From NCBI GenBank assembly GCA_963737055.1, contig CAVTRE010000005.1, forward strand, positions 124,037 to 188,036: a stretch of DNA of 64,000 nt. The letters run 5' to 3'. The notes beneath the pieces are model-generated. The model was given only the letters and a program-made list of their open reading frames with translations, was not told the DNA's origin and searched no databases. This DNA is from an uncultured Solirubrobacterales bacterium (GTDB lineage Bacteria; Actinomycetota; Thermoleophilia; Solirubrobacterales; Solirubrobacteraceae). Below, piece after piece: positions 9,186 through 20,556 of this stretch; position 1 is the stretch's first letter; every line of letters begins with the position of its first letter. The translations under genes were made by a program, and so were the position numbers.

Positions 9186-9662
9186 TCAGCTGAGCGCGGG
9201 CTCGCCGCGGAGCTCGTCCTCGTTCGAGAGGAGCTCGCGCTCGAGCTCGCCGTCCGGCCCGATCCGGTAGGAACCGGTCTTGACGAGCGGCGGCGAGTAG
9301 GCGTGGATCGTCACCGCGGGCGGGCCGCCGGCATGGAGCACGCGGTGGATGGCGACCGCGGGGACGGTGAAGACCGAATTCGGCCCGAGCACCCGCGAGC
9401 GGGGCTCATCGCCGAGACGCAGCCGGTCCTCGCGCACCTGGCCAGAGATCACGGCGATTGCGGCCGAGGACTCGTCGTGGTCGTGGAAGCCGGTGTCCTG
9501 GTCCTCGCTCCAGCAGATGACCCAGGCGTTGACGTCCTCGTCATCCCAGATCTGCTCGTACACGCGGGCGTCGCTGGCGTGTCGGACGAGATGGCGCCAG
9601 CGCTCGGGCGAGGCGGCGAGGTCCGACACGAACCGCTCGAGCTCCGCCGGGGAGAGGCTCAC
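9186..9662 (-). CDS. cysteine dioxygenase type I-like cupin protein
   Basis: GFHDHD...IHRV metal-ligand pattern in a ~159-aa cupin. The GTG start overlaps the upstream stop (GTGA). Confidence 0.7.
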   Translation of the reverse strand: MSLSPAELERFVSDLAASPERWRHLVRHASDARVYEQIWDDEDVNAWVICWSEDQDTGFHDHDESSAAIAVISGQVREDRLRLGDEPRSRVLGPNSVFTVPAVAIHRVLHAGGPPAVTIHAYSPPLVKTGSYRIGPDGELERELLSNEDELRGEPALS

Positions 9663-10597
9663 GCGGCTACCGCCTGGTTTGCCGCCGGCGCGGCGCTCAG
9701 CAGACCGGCTGCGTTCTTCTGAAGGACCGCGTCCCAGCGGGTGGGCAACGGCTCGACGACCGGGCGATCTGACCCGTACACGAGCTGATCGGCGCCGACC
9801 AGCCCGGCCACCGCCCCGATCGCGGCGTCCCCGTAGCTCGAGCTCTCGTAGAACGCGAGCGGGTCGCTGAGATCGATCGGGGGTCCGCCGCGCGCGGCCA
9901 GCCGCTCGCCGAGGAGCGGGGCGCCGGCGGCGAGCATCGCGAACACCACGGTGAGGTGCGGGTGCCGGCGCCGGCCAAGCGTGAAGAACATGAGCCACGC
10001 GGCCTGCATCTGAGCGACGTAGTCGGTCAGCGCCGGCCACCACAACGGGTCGGTCAGGGAAGGTGCGCGCTGTGGGGTCTTTGGACCGGGTCCGGGGTGG
10101 ACGAACAGCGGGACGTCGTGGTCCTCGGTCTGGGCCAGCACCGGCTCGATGCGCTCGAAGGCCTCACGGCTCGCGAGGGCTCCGGCCGGGATCGAGATAC
10201 CCACGCATCCGCGGGTAAGGACGTCATCGACGTCCCGTTGGTCGGGGCGATCGAGCGGCACCGGGCCCCAAGCCCCGAACTCGGAGGTGAGGGAGGCGAC
10301 TCCCTCGAGGTAGGCCGCGACCAGGTCGCGCGCCTCCGGGCGCGGGAGCGCCTCGATCCCGATCGGGCTCGAGAGCGCGATCAGCGCCAGGTTGAGCCCG
10401 GCGTCGCGGACGTGTGCCGCCCGCTGTGATGGGGTCTCGATCTCGGTGTCGATCGCGTACGCGCACTCGCCCGAGCAGTGGAGGATCGCGGCAGGGCCGT
10501 TACGGCAGACGAACGGCAGGCGGTCCCGTTCGGCGAGGGCGGCGAGCAGCGGCTCGGTCCATAGGTGCTGATGTATGTCGACCCGAGCGGCGGTCAT
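9659..10597 (-). CDS. amidohydrolase family protein (amidohydrolase_2 / ACMSD-like)
   Basis: N-terminal DIHQHLW metal-binding motif, 312 aa. Confidence 0.8.
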   Translation of the reverse strand: MTAARVDIHQHLWTEPLLAALAERDRLPFVCRNGPAAILHCSGECAYAIDTEIETPSQRAAHVRDAGLNLALIALSSPIGIEALPRPEARDLVAAYLEGVASLTSEFGAWGPVPLDRPDQRDVDDVLTRGCVGISIPAGALASREAFERIEPVLAQTEDHDVPLFVHPGPGPKTPQRAPSLTDPLWWPALTDYVAQMQAAWLMFFTLGRRRHPHLTVVFAMLAAGAPLLGERLAARGGPPIDLSDPLAFYESSSYGDAAIGAVAGLVGADQLVYGSDRPVVEPLPTRWDAVLQKNAAGLLSAAPAANQAVAA

Positions 10598-10724
10598 CGC
10601 GCACCTTGAATATACACTAAATCGATCGAGATTCCCAAGTTGACTCCGAAGGGGCGCTCGGGCCTGGATGAGAAATCCCGCGTATATGGCGGTTTCTCGA
10701 CCAGGCCTCAGAATTCAGGGCGTG

Positions 10725-11579
10725 ATGCACCGAAGGGTTCTGTTCGCGTTGGCGACGAGCGAGCGGTTTGAGCGAACCGTCCGCGCGACGCCCGGCGGCG
10801 AGGCGCTCGCGTACCGGCTTGCGTCGCGATACGTCGCGGGTCGAACCACCGAAGAGGCGCTGGACACGGCCCACCGGCTTGCCGCCCAGGGGGTGCTGAG
10901 CTCGATCGACTACTTCGGCGAGAACGTGTTCGACCCGGTCGAGGCGGACCGCGTGACCGACGAATACGTCGGCCTGGCCGGGCGGGTCGGCGCCGGCGCG
11001 CCGGCGGGCACGTTTCTGTCGCTCGATCTCTCGCACGTGGCGCTCGACGAGCGCCGGCTAGCCCGCATCGCCGCCGCGCTTCCGGCCGGCGCCCGGCTTC
11101 AGATCGGCGCGGAGCAGGCCGCGCGGACAGATCGGATCCTCGACGCGGTGTTCGCGGTGGCGCGCGCCGGCGGCGTCGTGGCGGCCACGATCCAGGCCAA
11201 CCTGCGGAGAAGCTCGGTGGACGGGCACCGCCTGGCCGAGGCAGGCATCCCGATTCGCCTCGTGAAGGGCGCGTACGTCGAAGACCCCGCGGACACATAT
11301 CCCTGGGGCGATCCGACGGACATCGCCTTCGCTGAGATGGCCCACGAGCTCCACCGCGCCGGCGCCGAGCTGTCGCTGGCGACGCATGACCCGGTGCTCA
11401 GAGAAGCGCTACTGCCCGCGCTTCCCGGCGTCACCGTCGAGATGCTCCTCGGAGTCCGCCCGTATGACCTGCCGTCGCTGGTCGGCCGCGGGATCCCGGT
11501 GCGCCTGTATGTCCCGTTCGGCGAGCGCTGGTTTCGCTACTGGATGCGCCGTGTCGCCGAATCGCGCGGTGCCCGTTAG
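10725..11579 (+). CDS. proline dehydrogenase
   Basis: RYVAGRTTEEAL, IDYFGE, LVKGAY and LLGVRP are typical of monofunctional ProDH. The ATG at 10725 is preferred over the longer ORF start. Confidence 0.85.
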   Translation: MHRRVLFALATSERFERTVRATPGGEALAYRLASRYVAGRTTEEALDTAHRLAAQGVLSSIDYFGENVFDPVEADRVTDEYVGLAGRVGAGAPAGTFLSLDLSHVALDERRLARIAAALPAGARLQIGAEQAARTDRILDAVFAVARAGGVVAATIQANLRRSSVDGHRLAEAGIPIRLVKGAYVEDPADTYPWGDPTDIAFAEMAHELHRAGAELSLATHDPVLREALLPALPGVTVEMLLGVRPYDLPSLVGRGIPVRLYVPFGERWFRYWMRRVAESRGAR

Positions 11580-11624
11580 CACCGCGTAAACGTGTGCCCA
11601 GAGGCCGGGCGGTACAACTAGGGG

Positions 11625-12599
11625 ATGCGTGACTCCGAGCTCCTGCTCCGCCGGGCGAGGCGACCGCTGGTGATCGGCATGGGGGGCGGGGGCGACGTCG
11701 TCGGCGCGCTCGCCACCGCCGAGCTCATCCGGCTCTACGACGGCGGCGATCCAGTGCTCGGCGGGCTGACGTGGGAGCGCCGGCCGTTCGATCCCGTGCC
11801 GGGGCCCCGGACCGCGGCCGAGATCACCGGTGCGGAGGAGCTCGCGCCCGGGATCCTGCTCGCGGGCCCGGACACTCGGCTCCGTGATCGAGACGTGTTC
11901 TTCGCGGAGTCGCGAATGGCCGAGTTCCTCGGGCAACGCACGCTCCTGATCGACATCAACGACGGGCCGGCACCGGTGGCGGACGGGCTCGCGCACGCGA
12001 TGGCGGCCTTGAAGTGCGACCTGCTCGTGCTGGTCGACGTCGGCGGCGACGTGGTGGCGCGGGGCGACGAGCCGGGGCTTCGCAGCCCGCTCTGCGATGC
12101 CGTGATGCTGGCCGCCGGCGGCCGGCTGTCCCGGCGTGGCCAGCCGACCCTGCTCGGAATCTTCGGGATCGGGTGCGACGCCGAGCTCACGCCCAGCGAG
12201 GTGTTGGCGCGGGTGGCCGAAGTCGCGGCGGCCGGCGGGCTCTGCGGAGCGCGTGGGCTCACCGGGCCGGTCGCCGAGAGGATGGAGGCGGCGATCGAGC
12301 TCGTCAGCACCGAGGCCAGCGCGCAAGCGGTCCGCGCCTTCCGCGGCGCCTCCGGCCGGGCGACGATCCGCGGCGGCACGCGGACGCTCGAGCTGACCCC
12401 CGCCGCGTCGCTGACGTTCTACCTGGACGTCGACATCACGCTCAAGGTCGCGGGCCGGCTCGCCCAAGCGGTCGCCGACGCCGCCGGGCTCGAGGAGGCC
12501 AACGACTCGCTGCACAAGATCGGCGTGGGTACCGAGCTCGACTACGAGCGGGAGGCGGCCGCCGTTCAGCCCGCCGGCCGCTTGAACGCCGACGCGTAG
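11625..12599 (+). CDS. DUF1152 domain-containing protein
   Basis: VIGMGGGGDVVGAL...GGLTWERRPFDPVPGPR matches my recollection of DUF1152 (function unknown). Confidence 0.7.
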   Translation: MRDSELLLRRARRPLVIGMGGGGDVVGALATAELIRLYDGGDPVLGGLTWERRPFDPVPGPRTAAEITGAEELAPGILLAGPDTRLRDRDVFFAESRMAEFLGQRTLLIDINDGPAPVADGLAHAMAALKCDLLVLVDVGGDVVARGDEPGLRSPLCDAVMLAAGGRLSRRGQPTLLGIFGIGCDAELTPSEVLARVAEVAAAGGLCGARGLTGPVAERMEAAIELVSTEASAQAVRAFRGASGRATIRGGTRTLELTPAASLTFYLDVDITLKVAGRLAQAVADAAGLEEANDSLHKIGVGTELDYEREAAAVQPAGRLNADA

Positions 12600-12841
12600 T
12601 CGACGCCCTCCACCTCGATCGCCACGTTCACGGTCTTGCAGCGCGCGCATTTGATGCGCAGCTTGCGATTCATGTACTCCGGCGGCATTGCCGTTGCGAG
12701 CACGTTGCCGCACTCGACGCACACGTAGTCGTCGGGGCCGTTGCCTGCGAACACCGGGCGATCGGCGTTCTCCTGGACCGCGGTCCCGCCGTCGCGGGGC
12801 ACCTCCCCCTCGCGCACGCGTCGCATCGCGATCGTCGCCAT
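12566..12841 (-). CDS. small zinc-ribbon protein
   Basis: ATG at 12841. Two CxxC pairs (CVECG and CARCK) in 91 aa. Its 3' end overlaps the DUF1152 gene by 34 bp, convergently. Confidence 0.55.
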   Translation of the reverse strand: MATIAMRRVREGEVPRDGGTAVQENADRPVFAGNGPDDYVCVECGNVLATAMPPEYMNRKLRIKCARCKTVNVAIEVEGVDYASAFKRPAG

Positions 12842-12852
12842 TGCCGCTCCCC

Positions 12853-13281
12853 CTACAGCGCCGCCAGCTTCGAGCTGAAGTCCGTGATCAGTGCGTCGAG
12901 CACGTTCTGGACGACGCCCTCGCCCATCGACGCCGCCTTGCCGGTGATCTGAGCCGCGGTGTGGATCTTCCCCCCGCCGTCCGCGAGCTCGAAGGTGACG
13001 TCTGCGTTGGCGTGACCCTGCCCGCCCGCCTCCCGCGACTTGACCTGGAGTACGGCGCGGTGGACGTCCGGATCTTGCTCGATCACAGCCACGGTCCCTT
13101 TGAAGGTCATCGACATCGCGCCCATCTTGACCTTGATCTGCGCTTTGACGTTGTCGGGTGCCGTGGCCTCGGTCACGCTCCCGCCCTCGACGCACGAGAT
13201 CAGCTTGTCGAGGTCGAGGATCGTCTCCCAGTTGTGCTCGATCGGCTTGTCGTTCGAGTACGTGTGGTCGAGTTCAACCAT
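12853..13281 (-). CDS. coxG: SRPBCC protein, CO dehydrogenase subunit G (CoxG)-like
   Basis: 142 aa with the typical CoxG pattern (KVKMGAMSMTFKG, ITGKAASMG). Confidence 0.8.
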   Translation of the reverse strand: MVELDHTYSNDKPIEHNWETILDLDKLISCVEGGSVTEATAPDNVKAQIKVKMGAMSMTFKGTVAVIEQDPDVHRAVLQVKSREAGGQGHANADVTFELADGGGKIHTAAQITGKAASMGEGVVQNVLDALITDFSSKLAAL

Positions 13282-13311
13282 GGGTCAGCTCCTGAGTTAG
13301 GGTTTGCTCGT

Positions 13312-13824
13312 ATGGCACAACACTTTGGACCGGATAACGCACGCCTCACGATCAAGACGACGCGGCAGGGCGCGGCCGCGAAGGCCGGGCACGACCTGGT
13401 GATCGAGGTCGGCTCGTGGGAGGCGACGCTCGATCCCGAGGCGCAGCCCGCGCTCACGCTGACCGCCGACTCGCGGTCGCTGCGCGTCCTTCAGGGGACC
13501 GGCGGCGTCAAGCCTCTGGGCGAAAAGGACAAGTCGAACATCCAGCAGACGATCAACGACGAAGTGCTGAAGGGCTGCGCGATCGAGTTCCGCTCGAGCG
13601 GCGTCGAGTCCACGCCCGGCGTCTTGAAGGTGCGGGGCGAGCTCAGCTTGAACGGCAAGCAGGGCCCGGTCGAGTTCGACCTCGCGACCAGCGACGACGG
13701 CAGCCTGACCGGCCGCGCAAAGGTGACGCAGACCACATTCGGGATGAAGCCATACTCGGCGCTGTTCGGCGCGCTCAAGCTCGCCGACGACGTTCACGTC
13801 GAAATCGACGCCAAGGCTCACTGA
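13312..13824 (+). CDS. YceI family protein
   Basis: ATG at 13312 inside a long ORF. HDLVIEV...RGELSLNG...FGMKPYSA matches the YceI lipid/polyisoprenoid-binding fold family. Confidence 0.8.
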   Translation: MAQHFGPDNARLTIKTTRQGAAAKAGHDLVIEVGSWEATLDPEAQPALTLTADSRSLRVLQGTGGVKPLGEKDKSNIQQTINDEVLKGCAIEFRSSGVESTPGVLKVRGELSLNGKQGPVEFDLATSDDGSLTGRAKVTQTTFGMKPYSALFGALKLADDVHVEIDAKAH

Positions 13825-14276
13825 TCCGTGTAGACAGTCTGCGCGTCGAGCCCACCCTCGACGCCCGGTGGCAGCACGCCGGTGCCGTGGGCGTAGAGCG
13901 CGATGTCGGCAATCGTCTTCGCCTGCGCTGGGTCGTTGCTCGAGACGAACGCGCCGTTGTTCCACTGGATCGTTTCGGGCGAGCTGTCGAGCGCGGCGGC
14001 GGCGAGCAGCCGCGCCTTGTCGAGGATCTTCCCGGTGGCGCTCTCGATCGCCGCCGGCGTGCGCTGCGACGGCGCGGTGTTGTAGCCGTGGCCGGCGCCA
14101 AACCGGTCGGTGTCGGCGGGAACGACCTTGACGTCGAGCGCCGGGACGCCGAGCTCGCCCGCGACTAGTTGCGCGTAGCGAGCCTCCTCGCCGTCGGACT
14201 CGGTGGTCAGACTGAGCACCATCTTGCCCGTCGGGTGCACCCTGAGGAACACCGCCCGGTACGCCTCGTTGGCCAT
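13818..14276 (-). CDS. orphan CoxL-like molybdopterin-subunit fragment (152 aa; gene remnant or domesticated domain)
   Basis: It aligns by eye to CoxL residues around LRVHPSGK...GGLDAQ (RVHPTGK, ELGVP, GGLDAQ). The flanking ~480 N-terminal and ~170 C-terminal residues are missing. GQGHETT is degenerated to SDGEEAR. Confidence 0.6.
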   Translation of the reverse strand: MANEAYRAVFLRVHPTGKMVLSLTTESDGEEARYAQLVAGELGVPALDVKVVPADTDRFGAGHGYNTAPSQRTPAAIESATGKILDKARLLAAAALDSSPETIQWNNGAFVSSNDPAQAKTIADIALYAHGTGVLPPGVEGGLDAQTVYTDQ

Positions 14277-14467
14277 CACTCGTCCTCCTCTGGGGTTTGG
14301 TTCGAAGCCTGCTCGCGCGCCAGCCGCTGGCGCTCGAGGTGGGCGGTCAATGCGTTGTGATCCTCGAGGCTGCAGAAGCTGGGTTGCGGTCCGCCGAGGG
14401 GATGGGGCGGGAGAGCGGGCCGCTGGCAACCGGGATAGATACAGATTTTCGGCCCCGCGCCGCTCAT
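14276..14467 (-). CDS. Cys-rich small protein (63 aa), unknown function
   Basis: Its ATG overlaps the coxE stop (ATGA), and its own TGA shares one nucleotide with the next ATG. It carries a CIYPGC...FCSLEDH motif. Confidence 0.5.
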   Translation of the reverse strand: MSGAGPKICIYPGCQRPALPPHPLGGPQPSFCSLEDHNALTAHLERQRLAREQASNQTPEEDE

Positions 14468-15819
14468 GACCCCAAAGACCATCCGGGAGTCGTCTTACCG
14501 CGGCTTGGCCCATAGCCGCTGGGCATCGCCACCGAGCTGCCCGGCACCGGGGTGGCGCTCGGCCACGCCTCCTGGTCCTCCAGTTCTGGCGCGACCAGTG
14601 GTGCTTTGAGGGCGCCCGAGCGGGCGGCGCCGATCGCCTCGACCACCTCGTTGAGCGCCTCGAGGCTGTGGCCGCTGACGAGCGCATCACAGTGCGGGAG
14701 CGCAGCGACGAGCCCGCCGGCGCGGGCCTCGAAGCCGCCAGCGCTGACGCGGGGATTGACCCACACGATGCGATGCGCCAGCCGGCGCAGCCGCTCCATC
14801 TCGCGGCCGACGAGGGCCGGGTCACCGCGCTCCCACCCGTCCGAGAGAATCACCACGACCGCGCCGCGCGCCATCCCACGTCGGCCGTGGCGGTCGTTGA
14901 ACGCCTTCAGCGCATCCCCGATTCGCGTGCCGCTCGACCAATCCGGAGCGGCCGCCGCCGCGCGCTGGATCGCTCGCTCGGGGTTGCGGGAGAAGAGTGC
15001 GCGCGTCAGGCGCGTCAGTCGGGTCGCAAACACGAAGGCCTCCGCGCGATTCGCACTCGGGCCGCCGGCCGCGGCGGTCAGGAACTGGAGGTAGGCGCGC
15101 GCGTAGGGCTCCATCGAGCCCGAGATGTCGCACAGCATCACGATCCGGCGGCGCACGACGCGCCGGCGCCGGCGGGACAACCGGATCGGATCGCCCGCGG
15201 TGCGCAGGCTTCCCCGGAGCGTCCGGCGCATGTCGATCCGCTCGCCGCGTCGATCTCGCTTGGCCCGCCGCGTCCGCCGCGGCGGCGTCGCGATGCGTAG
15301 TCGCGTCATCAGCCGGTACAGCCCCGCGAGCTCGTCGGGCTCGAGCGCGTCGAAGCGCTTGGAGCGAAGCACCTCCTCGTCGCTGGCGAGCACGGGAATG
15401 AGCTCGTCGTGCGTGACCTCACCCGGGCTCGGGGTGGCTGCATCCGAGCGGGTCGCGCCGCCCGACGGTGGCGAGTCGAGGCCTTGCGCGCTCCGCCGCC
15501 GCTCGTCAGCCGGCGCCGGCACCGTTTCGGCGGCGGCGGGAACCAGGCCCGACGGCTCCTCCACCGGTTCCGCGCCGAACACGCGGAAGAACACGTGGTC
15601 GAACGCGCGCACATGCGCGCGGTCGGACACGAATGCGGCCCGCGCGGTGAAGTACAGCCGCCGGCGCGAGATCGGTTCGACAATCGCCAGCGCCTGCGCG
15701 AACCAGGCGGCGCGCTCCGCCGTCACCGGCACGCCGGCGTCGTGAAGCCGTCGGCTGAAGGCGCTCGCGACCGCCGGGAGGTCGAGCCCGAGCGAACGAA
15801 CACGGAATGCCTCGGTCAT
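14464..15819 (-). CDS. coxE: VWA domain-containing CoxE-like protein
   Basis: The C-terminal VWA domain has a MIDAS-like motif (MLCDISGSM). It sits directly after the MoxR ATPase gene with an ATGA overlap. Confidence 0.85.
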   Translation of the reverse strand: MTEAFRVRSLGLDLPAVASAFSRRLHDAGVPVTAERAAWFAQALAIVEPISRRRLYFTARAAFVSDRAHVRAFDHVFFRVFGAEPVEEPSGLVPAAAETVPAPADERRRSAQGLDSPPSGGATRSDAATPSPGEVTHDELIPVLASDEEVLRSKRFDALEPDELAGLYRLMTRLRIATPPRRTRRAKRDRRGERIDMRRTLRGSLRTAGDPIRLSRRRRRVVRRRIVMLCDISGSMEPYARAYLQFLTAAAGGPSANRAEAFVFATRLTRLTRALFSRNPERAIQRAAAAAPDWSSGTRIGDALKAFNDRHGRRGMARGAVVVILSDGWERGDPALVGREMERLRRLAHRIVWVNPRVSAGGFEARAGGLVAALPHCDALVSGHSLEALNEVVEAIGAARSGALKAPLVAPELEDQEAWPSATPVPGSSVAMPSGYGPSRGKTTPGWSLGS

Positions 15820-16730
15820 CGGGGGATCACCAGCTCGTCCAGCCCAGCCGCCCGCACGACCTCCTGGTCCTCTGAGTACTTGAGCACGGACCCGAGCGTG
15901 CGGTCAATCGCTTCCGCGTCGAGCTCGGAGAGGCCGAGCTCCGTGAGCGCCGCCACCCAGTCGATCGCCTCGGCGACACCGGGCGGCTTCTGGACGTCGC
16001 TGTCGCGCATCCGCGAAATCGCGTCGGCCACCTGCACCGCCAGTCGCTGCGAGGCGGCCGGGATCCGCCGACGGATGATCTCGACCTCGCGTTGGGGCGT
16101 GGGGTAGTCGATCCACTGGTACAGGCAGCGGCGCTTGACCGCATCGTGCAGGTCGCGGGTGCGGTTCGAGGTCAGCACGATGATGGGAGGATGGGTGGCG
16201 CGCACAGTGCCGACTTCCGGGATCGTCACCGCGGCCTCGGCGAGCAGCTCGAGCAGGAACGCCTCGAAGTCGTCGTCGGCGCGGTCGATTTCGTCGATCA
16301 GCAGCACCGCCGGCCGCGGCCCCGGATGCTCGAGCGCGCGCAGCAGCGGGCGGCGGATCAGATACTCGCGTCCGAACAGATCCTGCTCGCGCAGCTCCGA
16401 ACCCTGCGCTTCGGCGAGCCGGATGCTGAGCAGCTGGCGCGGATAGTTCCACTCGTACAGCGCCTCGGCGGCATCGATGCCGTCGTAGCACTGGAGCCGG
16501 ATGAGGGGCGTATCGAGCACTGCCGCCAGCGATTTGCTCGCCTCGGTCTTGCCGACGCCGGCCTCGCCCTCGAGCAGCAGCGGCTGGGGCAAGCGCAGGC
16601 TCAGGAACATCGAGGTCGCGAGGCTCTCGTCGACGAGGTAGTCGACCGCGGCCAGCCGCTGGGCCAGCGTCTCCACGTCCGGCACCAGGTGGCGGATCTC
16701 GTCTGCCGCCTCGCCGGTGATGCGCATCAT
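15816..16730 (-). CDS. coxD: MoxR-type AAA+ ATPase CoxD
   Basis: Walker A GEAGVGKT and Walker B LLIDEIDRA. ATG at 16730 overlaps the upstream stop. The longer ORF extension is rejected. Confidence 0.9.
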   Translation of the reverse strand: MMRITGEAADEIRHLVPDVETLAQRLAAVDYLVDESLATSMFLSLRLPQPLLLEGEAGVGKTEASKSLAAVLDTPLIRLQCYDGIDAAEALYEWNYPRQLLSIRLAEAQGSELREQDLFGREYLIRRPLLRALEHPGPRPAVLLIDEIDRADDDFEAFLLELLAEAAVTIPEVGTVRATHPPIIVLTSNRTRDLHDAVKRRCLYQWIDYPTPQREVEIIRRRIPAASQRLAVQVADAISRMRDSDVQKPPGVAEAIDWVAALTELGLSELDAEAIDRTLGSVLKYSEDQEVVRAAGLDELVIPR

Positions 16731-17682
16731 GCCGTCGCGTGCTGGCGCTCGAAGGCCTGCTTGCAGCCCTCGCCGCAGAAGTAGTGGGTATCGCCGCCGG
16801 CGTCCGTGGCCGAAAGCGCGTCCGGGGTGACGACCACGGTCATGCCGCAGATCGGGTCGACCGACGTTGTCGGCGGCGCGGCCGCCCACGACCGCGGCGT
16901 CGTGCTCGACTGTCGCCGCACCTGGATGATCGATGCGAGGATCGACAGGGCGATCTCGGCCGGTGTGCGGGCGCCGATGTCCAGCCCGGCGGGTGTGTCG
17001 ATCCGTTCGATCAGCTCCTCGGTGACCCCGTCGGCCCGAAGCTCGTCGAGCACCGCGGCCCCGCGCTTGCGACTCGCGACCAGGCCCACATAGCGGACTT
17101 CGGCCTCGAGCGCGGCGCGGAGGATGGCACGCTCGTCCCGACCGTGCGCCGCGACCACGAGCGCGAGGTCGTCGGCGCTCGGCACCGGCGAGCCCGAGTC
17201 GTCGCCGCGTCCGAGGACTGCTTCGAACCCGAGATCCGGGGCGAGGCGCAACAGCGCCGCCGCGATCGGTGTGTCCCCGGCGACGATCATCCGCGGCGGC
17301 GGCAGAAATGGCTCGAGGAAGACCTCGATCGCGCCGCCCGACAGGCACGGGTTCTGGACGGTGACCGAGCCCTCGTCGTGTGCGACCTCGTGCCAGGGGT
17401 CAAGGTTCGCTGCGTTCTTGACCGCCGTGACTCCCGGGGCGTCGGGGAGTATCCGCAGGAGGAGGGGCTCGCCGCGCTCGATCGCCTTGAGCGAGTAGAG
17501 CCGCACGCTGTTTTGTGCGCACACGCCGCCGACGAATCCCTCGATCTGTCCGTCCTCGTGGACAAGCGCCACGTTCCCGGGCTTGGAGCTGGTTGGGTGC
17601 TCGACCCGCACCACGGTCGCGGTCACGAACGTGGCGCCCCGCTCGGTGAGCTCGCGTGCGCGAGCACTGAGCGGACCGGTGA

Positions 17683-17686
<4 letters not shown>
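16727..17686 (-). CDS. XdhC/CoxF/CoxI-family maturation factor fused to a C-terminal YHS/TRASH domain
   Basis: The GTG overlaps the coxL stop (GTGA). XdhC N-terminal and Rossmann-like parts are present, and the terminal 45 aa read DPICGMTV...YFCGEGCKQAF (YHS motif). Confidence 0.8.
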
Positions 17687-20058
<2,372 letters not shown>

Positions 20059-20064
20059 GCTCTC

Positions 20065-20553
20065 TCACGCCTCCTGTTTCGTTGCGGAGCGCTCGGCCTC
20101 GTGCTCGGCCGCCCAGCGCACGGCGCTGACGATGTTCTTGTAGCCGGTACAACGGCAGATCGCCCCCGAGATCGCGGTCCGGATCTCCGCCTCGGTCGGG
20201 TTCGCGTTTTCATTCAGCAGGGCACGCGTGGTCATCAGCATCCCCGGCGTGCAGAAGCCGCAGTGCAGGCCGTGTTTCTCGTGGAAGCCGAGCTGCACCG
20301 GATCGAGGCCCGCCTCGGTTTCCAGCGACTCCACCGTGCGGATCTCGTGTCCGGCGGTCATCGCCGCGAGTGTCGTGCACGACTTGATTGGCTTGCCGTC
20401 CATCAGGACCACGCACGCCCCGCAATTAGACGTGTCGCAGCCCCAGTGCGTGCCGGTCAGCCCTGGCGTGTCGCGGATGAAATGAACGAGCAGCGTGCGC
20501 GGCTCGACGTCGCGGAAGACCTGTTGCCCGTTGATGTTGATCGTGACTTCCAT
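20065..20553 (-). CDS. coxS: CO dehydrogenase small subunit, [2Fe-2S]-binding
   Basis: CDTSNCGAC and CGFC...CRCTGY cluster motifs, 162 aa. Confidence 0.92.
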   Translation of the reverse strand: MEVTININGQQVFRDVEPRTLLVHFIRDTPGLTGTHWGCDTSNCGACVVLMDGKPIKSCTTLAAMTAGHEIRTVESLETEAGLDPVQLGFHEKHGLHCGFCTPGMLMTTRALLNENANPTEAEIRTAISGAICRCTGYKNIVSAVRWAAEHEAERSATKQEA

Positions 20554-20556
20554 GTT

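Noticed and set aside
11409-12722. 437-aa minus-strand ORF
   Set aside because: It is antisense to the DUF1152 gene and is Arg/Gly/Pro/Asp-rich with no motifs. This is the typical shadow ORF of high-GC DNA.
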